Notes: generated by a model not told the origin, from the letters alone. 64,000 bases of DNA from Octopus sinensis (GCF_006345805.1 NC_043008.1:8928001-8992000); one strand, 5' to 3'; numbered from the stretch's first letter, positions 26,850 to 40,547 are shown. A program made the numbers and translations.

Positions 26850-27680
26850 GAGAGAGATATAATAAACTCCTGGTATTCAGTTTGTTACAAGGAAGAGGGT
26901 TGAAGCTGATCAGATCATCAAAACAGCCTTCTTGGGAAATTAATGTGCAATGAGATGTCGAGAGGTTGAGAGGTGAGAGGATCAGGGTTGTCTTGGTGGT
27001 TGGGAGTGTGAGACCAACCAGGTTCTGAAGAACATAAGTCATTATAGTAGCGATAGAAAGAAGGCAGGTTTATGAGACAACTTGCCTTTTTAACCCCAAA
27101 GGTGGAATGTGCCCATTGGTGATATATTACCCATTTCTTTATTACCCACAAGGGGCTAAATATAGAAGGGACAAACAAGGACAGGCATAGGTATTAAGTC
27201 GATTACATCGACCCCAGTGCGTAACTGGTACTTAATTTATCGACCCCGAAAGGATGAAAGGCAAAGTCGACCTCGGCGGAATTTGAACTCACAACGTAAC
27301 GGCAGACGAAATACCGCTAAGCACTTCGCCCGACGTGCTAACGTTTCTGCCAGCTCGCCGCCTTTACCAATAAGCCCTGGGTACCATCTAATATTATCCA
27401 ATCTACATGACAGTGTGAATATCAGCAGCAGCGTCCCACATGTTGGGGCAGTACTCTATAGAGGGCACACATGTAAACCTTGTACAATCTCAACAGCTGT
27501 GGAGGAGTGAAAGATTTTCTGGTCCTAGCCATGCTAAAGATGCGATTCCGTCACGAGACACACTCGGTAATAGTGAAACTTGAGGAATTTGAGCATCTCT
27601 GAGTGTGTCCCCCATCCATCTCTTGTGAGATATGCGAGGGCAATGGTGCTTTCTTGATGTGTGTAGTGCTTAAAATGTTC
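26850..27680 (-). mobile_element. Decayed CR1/L2-group LINE ORF2 C-terminus, interrupted by SINE B
   Basis: Remnants YKVYMC..EYCPNMWDAAA..LDNI (cf. LYK.QIRP.LEYCSHIW) and SFYRYYNDLCSSE (cf. LFYRYY.G.CS.E). Confidence 0.65.
27133..27365 (-). mobile_element. SINE family B, full length
   Basis: Reverse complement of the 26105 and 41785 copies. Confidence 0.92.
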
Positions 27681-27929
27681 ATAGTTGTTAAAAGAAACAA
27701 TGTGAGCATGTGTGCCTCTGTGTATACATAGAGGGGGTATATGGGAATTAGGATATACGTTGCACGCTTATGAAGGACCCAGATATCAAAATAAAATCTG
27801 TCCTGTGATATTACAGCTGTCTACAGAATATGTGTCTGTTAATCATACTGGATATTTGAATATCAAAATATACCGGTACTGTTATAATAACGTAAGATCT
27901 CTGATTTAAACACATACATAAGCAGCCAT

Positions 27930-28239
27930 GTGGAGGCGCAATGGCCCAGTGATTAGGGCAGCGAACTCGCTGTCGTAGGATCGCAGTTTCGATTCCCAGA
28001 CCGGGCGTTGTGAGTGTTTATTGAGCGAAAACACCTAAAAGCTCCACGAGGCTCCGGCAGGGGGGGGGGGGCGATCCCTGCTGTACTCTTTCGCCACTCT
28101 TTCTCCCACTCTTTCTTCTGTTGGCCTGCTCGCTTAGCCAGCGGGGTGGCGTCATTCGTAGGCTAAAACAATGCGAACTCATTGTGACCAGCGATGTGTA
28201 ACAACATCTGATGGTCTGGTCGGTCACATGATCACGTGT
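27930..28239 (+). mobile_element. SINE family C, full length, with 11-bp TSD
   Basis: taagcagccat at 27919-27929 and 28240-28250 brackets a tRNA-headed element ending gtcacatgatcacgtg. Confidence 0.92.
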
Positions 28240-29477
28240 TAAGCAGCCATACACAAACACGCTAATATATATGTGTGTGTGTGTGTCTGTGTCTCTGTGT
28301 GTGTATGTGTGTGTGAGAGAGAGAAGAGATTTATCCTTGTATATATGTATAAAGGCGGCAGGTTGGGACATGTAAGGAAATTTGCTTAGCAATCGGGACC
28401 CCTGTGTAGGTCCCATTGTGTAGGATCATGGGACAGCGTCTTTTACCATTACATCTAGTTTGACTGAAGTCTTGTGTCAATCAGTCATTAAGTAAATGGC
28501 AGATGCAGAATTTCGTCGTATCGGGTGTAAGTTTGATATAAATAAATCTGCCTTATCCTACGCAGTCAAGCAGATTCCATGGATTTCATTAAGAGCGAAC
28601 GTGTCCGTGGTATAATTACCCACTTAATGGATTAGGTAATTCAGTCGTTTGAACTAGGCGGGGTTATACATCGTTGAATCCAACATAGGACCCATATATT
28701 TATTTATGTAGTGAGAAAGATATCAAAAATATCTATCAGTGTTTTTCCGTTCAGAGATGAAAATGTTCTTCTAGATCTGTTTTTTTTTTTTTTGTATTTT
28801 TGCGTACACGCGCATGCGTGTATATGCGCGTTTGCGGGTGTGTCTGTGCCCGCGTGCTCGTGTCTGTGTGTCTGTAGGATGCATCGGGGATGGAAATAAA
28901 ATCTGTACAAACTGTTCCTATCACGCTGCTCTGCTTTGATCAATAAACATTAATCAGATTACCAACAAACTAGAAATGGCTCCAGCTATTTTCTCTTGAT
29001 GAAGTTTCAATGAATACTTAATATAAAAGTTGTCGTTGTAAAAAAAAAAGAAACTTCTTACAACATTAATGGATCATATTAACACGGCATCGTTCAGTAA
29101 TAGATTATCGACATTCACGTTATTTGAAAGAATATGCTCCTCATTTTATTTCTCACTAACTTAATGTTGTCTTTTGTCTTTTTTAACAATTTTTATTGAT
29201 AAATTCTGCATAGAATTGTATTTTTTCGATTAATTTAAATCATTAATTTTGACAAGTTAAAATATTTCAGATTTCTCGTATTAAGTCGGTTTTTAACAGA
29301 AACGTTGAATGTTTATCACGGCTATTAATAATATTTCATTTTGTGTCGATTTCCTCTGATATAGTTTTAAGTAGATATCAGGACGTTGACGAGGATGAGT
29401 TTTTGGAGGAATTTTCATTACAAGTCTGTTTATTAACATAGGAGTTAAGACTGAAGCTAGCGCCGGACTCACTTGTA

Positions 29478-30048
29478 ACTCTTACTCTTTTACTCTTTTA
29501 CTTGTTTCAGTCATTTGACTGTGGCCATGCTGGAGCACCGTCTTTAGTCGAGCAAATCGACCACAGGACTTATTCTTTGTAAGCCTAGTACTTATTCGAT
29601 CGGGGTTCTTTTGCCGAACTGCTAAGTTACGGAGACCTAAACACACCAGCATCGATTATCAAGCGATGTTGGGGAGATAAACACAGACACATACACACAT
29701 ACATATATATATATTATATATATATTATATGTGTGTGTGTGTTGTGTGTGTGTTGTGTGTGTGTGTGTTTGTTGTGTAAATAATATATATATATATATAT
29801 ATTATATGTGTGGTGTGTGGTGTGTGTGTGTGTGTGTGGATGTGTGTTGTGTGTGTGTAATATATATATATATATACATATATACGACAGGCTTCTTTCA
29901 GCTTCCGTCTACCAAATCCACTCACAAGGCTTTGGTCGGCCCGAGGCTATAGTAGAAGACACTTGCCCAAGGTGTCATACAGTGGGACTGAACTCGGAAC
30001 CATGTGACTGGTAAGCAAGCTACTTACCACACAGCCACTCCTACGCCT
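29478..30048 (-). mobile_element. SINE family A with expanded internal microsatellite
   Basis: Tail half and head half separated by about 190 nt of (CA)/(TA)/(TG). Confidence 0.9.
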
Positions 30049-30229
30049 GTAAGTTCAAAACATGTAGTTTCTCTCACTAATACCCTGGAAATGTTATGAG
30101 CACCGCATGTTCATATTAATAGTAAGAATTGGAGTATGTACCCCTCGGTACATCCCTTGAGTTTGCCATCACACTACGCTCCCTATACAGGGCCAAAACT
30201 GCTGCACTCGGTAAACTTGACATAACTTT

Positions 30230-30494
30230 GTAATTAACGTTAATAATATTTGTAATGTTAATTGATATATGCTGCTCTCACTATGAACTTTATCCTGTTT
30301 TATGCTGTCCGCCCCATAAAGTGATTCTGTCTTGCTCAACCACAAGTCACCAGAATACCCACGTAATTAGCGTTAATAATATTTGTAATGTTAATTGATA
30401 TATGCTGCTCTTCTTATGACCTTTTCCTTGTTTTACGATGTCCGCCTCATAAGCTGAGTCTGTCTTGGTCAACCACAAGTCACCAGAATACCCA
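30230..30494. repeat. Diverged 133-bp tandem duplication
   Basis: gtaatta(a/g)cgttaataatatttg starts at 30230 and 30363. The copies differ by many substitutions. Confidence 0.9.
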
Positions 30495-31593
30495 TAAAGG
30501 GAAAACGAGATGTTCGCATGTTCATGGCTTTCTACGGGAATTAAGTGCGTAATTATTTAATCCTAAGTAGGTTTAAGTGGATTTAGCAGAGTGTTTTATT
30601 GAGATTACCGGAAGTTTGAGAATATTAATTTGGATACAAGATTTTCTGGGAATAATGTATGGAATAATTGTTTTACATGCCTTTTTAAAGAATATTAAAC
30701 TGTGTAAGGGAAATTGCATCGACTAGGAATGGAAACCGTGTTACAGAGTTAGTCAACAGTTATATGCATCTTTCAGAATGGCTTTTTTTGTCAGAATAAT
30801 CACAGAAATGATAAGCATGATAGAAATACATACTAAACAAATTTTAGGTCAGATTTACAGCAAATAACACCGAGGAGAAATATCGATACGCAATGGAAAG
30901 TACATGAAGAGGTTTAACTAAAATTGCTTAATATCATTTTTTATATTTGCTATTTTATTTAGTTGTCTGTATGCTGGAAAAATAAATTCGCGACAAAAGA
31001 TTAGAATTGTTTCCTTCCTTACTCGAATCGTAGCTGGAAGCAAAGAGAACACGCGCAAAAATAGAAATGAAATCAGAATACATTTGAAAATATAAATGGC
31101 TACATATTACGGAATGCCCTGGGTAATTCGGAATATTTATTCCAGTCTGACGAATGCAGAGTGGAGATTTATTTAAGTTTCAAATCGTGCTCTATTAAGT
31201 TTTCACAATAAGCAAATGTAATATACATTTGTTATATAATGGCTTTCCCGATAAAGCAGCACTTAGCTGATGCGTGTACACATGCTCAGGTACTTGTGTG
31301 TGTGTGTGAGAGAGAGAGAGGTTGTGTGTCTCTGTGTATGTGTGTGCATGTCCGTGTGTGTTCATGTGTTTGTGTATCTACATATAAACATGTATATATT
31401 TACACACATACATATATGTATTAATACACACCTGCACCGCTACATATACCTATGTGTGTGTGTATGTGTGTGTGTGTGTCTGCGTGTGTATGTATGTATG
31501 TATTATGTATGAACGCATGTATGTGTGTATATGTATGTGTATGTGTGTATGTTTACATGTACATATATATGTGTTTATATAAATGTATGTCTG

Positions 31594-31635
<42 letters not shown>

Positions 31636-31929
31636 GGATGGATGGATGGAAATGTATAACGAATTTCAATTTGTTTTCCAAGAATTTGGAACCGTGAGTT
31701 GAAACCAATATTGATATATATTTAGCAAGAACTATGATTCATAAAGCCTATACTCACACTGTACGGTTGGTTGTCTAATGTTCACTAAGCAGTTAAGCAT
31801 AAGAAACCGATAGAATATGAACCAGACATAACAAATGCAGGGACGATTTGACATTTGGAGACACTGCCCAGCATAGGCCACAGAACAAGGAATGAAACAA
31901 GTTAAACGAGAAAATATAAAAGAATAGAA

Positions 31930-32205
31930 AGATTGATTGATTGATGGAATGATTGATGAATTGATTGATTGATTGATTGATTATTGAATGTGTGAGTGAG
32001 TGAGTGAGTGAGTGATGAATTGCTTGATTGATTGACTGAATGCGTGTTTGATTGATTGATTGAGTGAGTGAGTGAGTGAATGAGTGAGTGAGTGAGTGAG
32101 TGAGTGAGTGAGTGAGTGAGTGTGAGTGAGTGAGTGAGTGAGTGTGAGTGAGTGAGTGAGTGAGTGAGTGAGTGAGTGAGGGATTGATTGATTAATTGAT
32201 TGACT
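31930..32205. repeat. (GATT)n/(GAGT)n tetranucleotide tract
   Basis: Direct inspection. Confidence 0.95.
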
Positions 32206-32589
32206 GAAAGCGTGATAGGTATATTGGTGGAATCGTTCGATCTGTGTATAGTATGCTTTGCTGAATTTTTATAAGGTCTTTGCGCCCTGCGATCAAACCT
32301 CGTCGAGGAGAGCTTCTCTCCTTCTGTCGTTCTCTGTGTAGCTGAACCTGTAATTCACATTATGTTCCGGAGGTCCGGCCTAACGATTGCGTCAATGGTG
32401 CCTGTATCTGTGGATTACCAAGCCTTTTAGACCTTCACGTCCATAGTACGAATCTTGTTTGTGGAACCAGTAAATGTTCATTGCTGAGTCCGGAGATGAA
32501 TACACAGTATAAATATATATATATATATAATCATATGTATACCCGTGGGCCGTTGGCGATTACTTCTTTTTCTTTTTCTTTGGACTTTA

Positions 32590-32665
32590 CCCTTTCTCCT
32601 TTCCAACGAAGAAGTATGCTCGAAACGTTAAACACTCTCCTTTCACTGAGTGTCAAGCTTTTTTT
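32590..32665 (+). mobile_element. Decayed relative of the 50.9 kb hammerhead-bearing Penelope-like repeat
   Basis: cctttc-caacga-a-gaag-tat-gctc-gaaa-cgtt parallels cctttc-tgttga-a-gagc-gtag-gttc-gaaa-cgta, and the downstream gagtgtcaa parallels gagcgttaa. Confidence 0.5.
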
Positions 32666-32801
32666 GCATGTTCTCACATTCGTTGTTTTTTTCCCTTTTT
32701 TCGTTTCTTTTTATTTCTTTGAATTGACTATATATACCGTAAGCTACTCTACAAACTAAGGATACCTTGAAGAGTAGCATGTCGTATATATACATACAAA
32801 C

Positions 32802-32840
<39 letters not shown>

Positions 32841-32853
32841 CGTGTATGTGTGC

Positions 32854-32960
32854 ACGGCAGGCTTCTTTCAGTATCCGTCTACCAAATCCGCACAGGCAGT
32901 CTTTGGTCAACTCAAGACAATAGTAGAATGCACTTGCAGTGGGACTGAAACCGGAAGCAA
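32854..32960 (-). mobile_element. SINE A head-half fragment, decayed
   Basis: ggcttctttcagtatccgtctaccaaatcc...gcagtgggactgaaaccggaa. Confidence 0.75.
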
Positions 32961-33613
32961 TTGTCTTGTCAGGCAGTCACGTGGTGTGTGTGTGTGTATC
33001 TTTGTATGTATGTGTTTGTGTGTACGTGCGTGTGTGCGTGTGTGCGTTCCCTACGCATGCATGTATCTTTCTGTAAACGTATGCCTTATGGTACAAACAA
33101 AGAGAGTATTCAATTCTTATAATATTTATAGAAAGCCGAAAGCATTATTAATCGTTATTTCGAGTTTCACGGTTCCGATCTTTGGACTACAGTGACTGTT
33201 AGAAAATGTCCACGAAGCACGTGTAGCTCCTTCCATGACATTCCACGTCAAAATATGATGACTACCGTAGCGCGTGATTGCACGATGGTTGAACAGCCGT
33301 GACCTTATTTCCATTGTTTTAGAGTTGAAGTGAAATTCACGTTTTCTTTTTTGTTGCTAGAGTTCCTAAGATCAAAACGACGTATTTTTATTGAAATAAA
33401 TACGATTTAAAAAATGTAAAAGAATCGTAAGATGAATTCTAAAATTACTCATATAACATCATGTTCTTTATACTCACCTCTTTGTTTCTTTTCTATGCAT
33501 ACATAATCAGTAGACACACACGCGTACATGTAGACACACACACACTTTCACATACATATAAATATATATATATACACACACACACAATATATATATATAT
33601 ATGTATATATATA

Positions 33614-33644
<31 letters not shown>

Positions 33645-35115
33645 ATACACATGTGTGTGCACAGTACTTCACACATACATATGTACACATATTCCTTTTC
33701 ACTGTCCTAAAATCCAGTTGAATGTAAAACTGGTTGAAAATGCATATAAAAGATAAGGAAGATTTATGTAAGTTATTTAAAAGTGATAAAAGAAAGAATT
33801 GGTCTGGATGAGAAATAGCTGATGAATATTAAAGCTGATAACGATGAAAAATAAATTTTTCCTTTATCTGGTGAGAAAAATACTTCTAATATGAATATGT
33901 GATAAAAAGAATTATAAATTTATAAAGTAGAAATGTGAATAGATATATAGATATAAAATTAGAAAAATAAAAAAAAATCATACAAATGCGCAATTTTAAA
34001 AAAGTAGCTAATTAAATTAAAATTTATTTTAAGCTGGATTTGAAACAAAAGTAATGAAAAAGGTGAAGGTAAAATAAAGCAAAATGTATTCTAAATGAAT
34101 TAAAAACGAACTAATGTGAAGCGAAGTGAATTTAAATAGAATAAAAGGAATTGGCATTAATATAGCATTGATCTTCTAGTGAAAATAGTAGAATGGTGTA
34201 AATTGGGGCTGGGTGGGGAGAAACTGTAAGTGACAAGAGTTTTTCAGAAGATGTAACGAAATTAAGAAAGCTGTCTGAAAAAATTCAGTATTTTTTTTTT
34301 ATGCAACCAAAAGTAAAAACTATTTTAAGTGTTAAAATAGTTTATAGCGAGCTAAAATTTATTTTTGTATTTATTAGAAAGAATTTGATATCCCTGCTGA
34401 GATTTGAGCCGTAGTGATGAGCATATGATTGTGTGCACTATGCAGTTCTATAATACTGAGTGAGTGTTCAACTGTCTCTCTGATTAGGTAAATGTATATT
34501 AACAAAGCTGTTGGTTATCGTATTTGCAGTTTAACGAATGATTGACTATGGTGGTAGATTCATCCATTGAAACTACCACCAGTGAGTCCTGTGAAGGACC
34601 TCGGTGAAGAGTTGTCACTATTGTGAACTTTACTGCATTAAACTACATATTGCACCAGCTTGTCACAATCATGTAGACGGCTGACTTGGTTAACACAGAA
34701 TTAGGTACAGTATTCCGAATTTGATTGTTGCTATCACTAACTTTTGTGACTTTCATACAGTCTAAAAAGTTGCTATATGCAGAATCCCCTTAAGAAAATA
34801 TTAGTTTATAAGTTTGTTATATCTAAGATGCGCTGGAAAAGAAGAGAGGGAAATTAGACTGAAGAAAATTCTAACTGCATTGACCTTTATAGCTAGACTG
34901 AAGCAGTATTATACCAGACGACTCGTGGTATTCTACAATTATGCATCGAATTATTATATTTTATCTCTTCAGCAAAGCCATTTATTGAGAACTGAATTGG
35001 AGTACTGGGTCACACATGGTCTCATCTGTGGACAATACGGGTAATCGCCTATTAAGATAATGACCGGGTGGTTGCAACATCACTTAATGTAAAACAATGA
35101 TGTATATTCTTGTGC

Positions 35116-35161
<46 letters not shown>

Positions 35162-35186
35162 TGGTTGGCGTTTGGGCATGAGTGTG

Positions 35187-35224
<38 letters not shown>

Positions 35225-35306
35225 TGCGTGTGTGTATATATATATACACGCACATAGAATAGAATGTATTTAAAAAAGGTCTCTCGTGATATACATATAC
35301 ATATAT

Positions 35307-35342
<36 letters not shown>

Positions 35343-35438
35343 GATATAGATATATTCATACTAGAATATAAGGATAAAATCACGTTAATGATTTTGATCA
35401 TGCAATAAAAATTTATAAGTAATTTATACATTAAATTT

Positions 35439-35487
<49 letters not shown>

Positions 35488-35552
35488 ATGATTATATTAA
35501 GGGAGCAAGGGCGAAAAAGACGGCCCATCTACAACATGACTGAAAATAACGA

Positions 35553-35586
35553 GGCATTCAGATACTGCCGGTAGTATCTGAATGCC
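35553..35586. other. 34-nt near-perfect palindrome
   Basis: ggcattcagatact-gccggt-agtatctgaatgcc, with perfect 14-bp arms. Confidence 0.9.
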
Positions 35587-37149
35587 ACGACATTTTGGGT
35601 CGTTTTTTGCGCCATTAATTTAATATATACATGCATGCCAGATCACGGATATCGCTGGTAGTGAGATTTAGCTGGTACGCGACTATCAGACATCTGAAAC
35701 GTTGTACGTGTCAGTTCAGACGAGTGTGTGTGTGTGTGTGTATGTGCGTGTGTTTATGTGTATGTGCGTGTGCGTGCATGCGTGCGTGTATGTGTGAATG
35801 TGTGTGCACATATATACATACAAATACACAGACGCATATAAAAATGAATTTAAATTGATTGCTTTACTTACAATATAGTCAATGGCGCCTTCTTGAAAAT
35901 ATTTACCACATCCGGTCATACTCTGCTATCAGAGCTGTTTTTTCTTGTGCTAGAATACATCCTGGAACGCGATTCAATGGATAGATGACAGTTCTCATAG
36001 AGAATATTCTTCATTTTCAAATGTCTTAAAATGTGGCTATCAATTAAGGTTCAAAAATAATTGGTGGAGGCCAAATCTGGCGAGGAACTGCGGTTGAAGA
36101 AACAGAGCCATCTTGTGCTTTTCCAAGTAGATACGGATAAGGATATACAACAGCAGGTGAGTTGATGTAGCGTTGCATCCGTATTCTGTTTGCCCCCTAC
36201 TTGATTGCGGTCCTTCTTCAGACGCCCTCCCTGACACGATTCGGAACACCTCATGCATATATATTTCCAAAACCAGACACGTTTATTGCTGTTTTTATTA
36301 CATTCTAAACTATTTATAGATTGCGATTCTACGAACGGTTGACATCTTACACGATTTATGGATGGCTTAAGATGTTCACTTTCTCTTAGCTATATTTGTA
36401 ATTAAAGATACCCACGTGTAATGTATGCACAAAATGACATTTATGATTCAGAGAATTTAGATTTTGCGATTGTGGTGATTTATTTAAAAGCAGCAGTAAC
36501 GCAATTAAAAAGAAATCTCATCACAAAAATAATAATAATAATGATAATGACTGAAGTAACATCACATATATTTTACACATTTTAAAGTTAAAACATAACC
36601 TTTCCTTTGTAAATGAAGAGATGAAAAGAAGGACAGAAATTAGAATTTCAAAACTGAAGATATTATTAATATTTGGAAAGACAAAATCATTTTGAAGCTT
36701 GTAAATATGAAAATTATACAGTATGTAAATGTAGAATTAACTATATTAATTAACATACGCAAAGAGTCAAAAATTTTAAAGCTGTGTATAATTATCAATT
36801 TGTCTCGTATTTTTAGATTTTCGCTGAAGCACTGCTTTGAAATAGTTATATTGACCAAATCGACATTAATGCACATTTCAGGTGGTACGATCATTTTTTT
36901 TTCCTATCACTAATTGTAGAATGTGTGTGTGTGTGTGTTTATGTGTGTGTTTGTGTGGGTGTGTGTGGGTGGGTGTACTCATTAAAATCCAAAAGTAAGA
37001 AATAAGATAACATTTAAATCTCATTGGTCGCATCCGTTTTATAATTTACCTTCAGTTACGTCATCGATGAGGTAACCCAAAAAGTGAGTTATGAAACAGC
37101 TGTAACCATACAGATTTAATTATCATTTTGTCTTTCACTTCAACTGAAT

Positions 37150-37186
37150 TTTCACTATCATTATTATTATTATTATTATATTATTA

Positions 37187-37222
<36 letters not shown>

Positions 37223-37457
37223 TTTTGTTGTTGTTGCTGTTGTACAGACCACGGTTGAAATATTATTTCTAGTGTTTCCAGGATTTTTTTTGTGCGTAGT
37301 CACTTTAAATTGCACGATAAATTAAATTACTGAGTAAGCTAATAAGCCGGAATGGTAACCATGAGTTCCGTTTGATTCTCTGAACTTTCCTAGAATATGG
37401 TGCTTCGTCATGACCGCAGATGCATGGCCGAAACGAATAAAACAATATATGTGTGTA

Positions 37458-37535
<78 letters not shown>

Positions 37536-37716
37536 TTTGTTATAAATTAGAGGAAACAGTAAAAATTTGTCCTTATAGTACTCGGAGTTTCGAATGCCGA
37601 AGCGAAGAGCTACGATACATTCTCGTTGGCTAGTAACATATGAATAATTCTCTATTTCTCTAATATCGAGGTGTCATTCTATTGTTGTGATACTTTATTA
37701 TTATTATTATATTATG

Positions 37717-37770
<54 letters not shown>

Positions 37771-38310
37771 TTTAATATTATTATTATTATTTATTATTAT
37801 TATATATATTATTATTACTTTTGTTGTTGTTGCTGTTGTACAGACCACGGTTGAAATATTATTCTAGTGTTTCCAGGATTTTTTTTGTGCGTAGTCACTT
37901 TAAATTGCACGATAAATTAAATTACTGAGTAAGCTAATAAGCCGGAATGGTAACCATGAGTTCCGTTTGATTCTCTGAACTTTCCTAGAATATGGTGCTT
38001 CGTCATGACCGCAGATGCATGGCCGAAACGAATAAAACAATATATGTGTGTATGTGTGCGTGTGTGGTTTGTGTGTGGTGTGTGTGTGGTGTGTGTGTGT
38101 GTGTGTGTGGTGTGTGTGTGTGTGTGTTTGTTTGTTATAAATTAGAGGAAACAGTAAAAATTTGTCCTTATAGTACTCGGAGTTTCGAATGCCGAGCGAA
38201 GAGCTACGATACATTCTCGTTGGCTAGTAACATATGAATAATTCTCTATTTCTCTAATATCGAGGTGTCATTCTATTGTTGTGATACTTTATTATTATTA
38301 TTATATTATG

Positions 38311-38367
<57 letters not shown>

Positions 38368-38372
38368 TTTAA

Positions 38373-38417
<45 letters not shown>

Positions 38418-38666
38418 TTTTGTTGTTGTTGCTGTTGTACAGACCACGGTTGAAATATTATTTCTAGTGTTTCAGGATTTTTTTTGTGCGTAGTCACTTT
38501 AATTGCACGATAAATTAAATTACTGAGTAAGCTAATAAGCCGGAATGGTACCATGAGTTCCGTTTGATTCTCTGAACTTTCCTAGAATATGGTGCTTCGT
38601 CATGACCGCAGATGCATGGCCGAAACGAATAAAACAATATATGTGTGTATGTGTGCGTGTGTGTTG

Positions 38667-38697
<31 letters not shown>

Positions 38698-38727
38698 TGT
38701 GTGTTGTTGTGTGTGGTGTGTGTGTGT

Positions 38728-38765
<38 letters not shown>

Positions 38766-39007
38766 TTTGTTATAAATTAGAGGAAACAGTAAAAATTTGT
38801 CCTTATAGTACTCGGAGTTTCGAATGCCGAAGCGAAGAGCTACGATACATTCTCGTTGGCTAGTAACATATGAATAATCCTCTATTTCTCTAATATCGAG
38901 GTGTCATTCTATTGTTGTGATACTTTATTATTATTATTATTATTATGATTATTATTATTATTATTATTATTTTATTATTATTATTATTATTATATTATTA
39001 TTTTTAA

Positions 39008-39065
<58 letters not shown>
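37150..39065. repeat. Tandem triplication, units of about 600 bp, bounded by (TAT)n with an internal (TG)n
   Basis: acttttgttgttgttgctg at about 37221, 37817 and 38416. The unique parts are nearly identical. Confidence 0.95.
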
Positions 39066-39066
<1 letters not shown>

Positions 39067-39071
<5 letters not shown>

Positions 39072-39369
39072 TAGTTTTATTTTTATATAGCGTGCTCTCA
39101 CTTCACTACCGAGCGCAGCTCTGTGTGCCTTGGGTATGTGCTGTGATTTGTTGTGATGCTCTGATGGTTATTGTATGGAAAGTGTTCTGCGTGGGATGTG
39201 TGCAGTGCCTAGTAGTACAATTTTCTGTATGTTATATGTGTTTGTAAGTCCTGGTGTTTTTGTTATGTATTTGTCTGAATATTTTTTTATCATGCCTAAT
39301 GCACCTACTATGATAGGAATTGTTTCTGTTCTTAGATTCCACATTCTGGTTACCTCTATTTCCAGGTCT
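39067..39369 (-). mobile_element. 5'-truncated Dong/R4-type LINE 3' end inserted in (AAT)n
   Basis: Uninterrupted frame 39368-39168 reads DLEIEVTRMWNLRTETIPIIVGALGMIKKYSDKYITKTPGLTNTYNIQKIVLLGTAHIPRRTLSIQ*, an RLE-clade C-terminus. A 100-nt 3' UTR ends ...aactactg|aataataat. Confidence 0.9.
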
Positions 39370-39380
39370 TATTATTATTA

Positions 39381-39439
<59 letters not shown>

Positions 39440-39460
39440 TTATTATTATTATTATTATTA

Positions 39461-39629
39461 TTCTATGTTTGACTTTTGCTTTATGTTTGTACAAGTTGGC
39501 TCCAAGTCTCACCCAGAGCCCTCAAGAGACAACAGGTTGGAAGTTCACGTTGTTGTTATGCCTAGTGTGCCATATATTTGGGGGATTTTTTGGTGTTGTA
39601 CTTGTGAATGTCTAATAAATACATTTTTT
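39461..39629 (-). mobile_element. 3' end of another (AAT)n-associated retroelement, probably a second Dong/R4-type family
   Basis: Unique island flanked by (AAT)n in the same orientation, ending ...agtcaaacatag|aataataat. The family assignment is inference. Confidence 0.55.
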
Positions 39630-39650
39630 TAAAAATTATTATTATTATTA

Positions 39651-39692
<42 letters not shown>

Positions 39693-39712
39693 TATTATTA
39701 TTAATATTATTA

Positions 39713-40236
39713 TTGAGTGAGAGAGCAGTGCATGCCATCAAAGTGACACTGGAGTAAAATATACGAAGCCCAATATACCCATCATGACTACCCGTCTGAT
39801 AAGGGCACACCAGGCACATGCATCACAACCATATGTGCGCGACATGGTGATCTCATATCAAGATAAACAGCACATGACCTTGCAGGTGGGGCCCAGTTAG
39901 AATTTTCTTCAGGTTGAGTAGCCCATCCCGCTCAAAAGGTCCCTGAATAAGGGTTGTTTAAGGATGTTGAAAGAACCACCCATGTTTCCAGAGGTGAATT
40001 ATTCAAACCCCAAAGAATCCCTCTCAACACATGGCTATGATGCTCCCCCACAACTTCTGCTCGTGATCAGAGATGCACATATCGTCAGCCACTAAGGGAC
40101 ATGTTCAACTGGTTAAGGTCAAACAACTGACAAGCAAATATGTGGTATTGAGCAGAATATTTGCTGTAGCCCATCTTCTATACCAAGACAAAACAATGTA
40201 CATGATAACACTTCCAATCAGTTAAGATCAGAAGCC
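39713..40236 (-). mobile_element. 3' UTR-only copy of the 19.9-21.7 kb Dong/R4-type family
   Basis: The reverse complement aligns along its length to 21180-21700 and ends ...ctcactc|aataataat. Confidence 0.85.
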
Positions 40237-40243
40237 TTATTAA

Positions 40244-40286
<43 letters not shown>

Positions 40287-40325
40287 GTTATCATTGTTAT
40301 TATTATTATTATTGTCATTATTATA

Positions 40326-40360
<35 letters not shown>

Positions 40361-40401
40361 TATTATTATTGTTGTTGTTATCATTGTTATTATTATTATT
40401 A

Positions 40402-40503
40402 TTCAGTAGTTTTATTTTTATAGCGTGCTTTCACTTCACTACCGAGCACAGCTCTGTGTGCCTTGGGTATGTGCTGTGATTTGTTGTGATGCTCTGATGG
40501 TTA

Positions 40504-40506
<3 letters not shown>
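40402..40506 (-). mobile_element. Shorter copy of the 39067 Dong/R4-type 3' end
   Basis: Near-identical to 39067-39172, truncated around the stop codon and flanked by (AAT)n. Confidence 0.9.

Positions 40507-40547
<41 letters not shown>

Noticed and set aside
32270-32500. GC-richer island with a Cys-rich frame (PNDCVNGACICG)
   Set aside because: The best acceptor puts a stop in that frame and there is no clear donor. I could not distinguish exon from transposon debris.
36045-36160. Strong donor cag|gtgagt preceded by an FN2-like CAFPSRYG
   Set aside because: An in-frame stop precedes the donor in that frame, and the alternative frame lacks an acceptor.
37385-37445. catgaccgcagatgcatggccgaaacg as a hammerhead
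   Set aside because: No CUGANGA-like core and no clean helix II.
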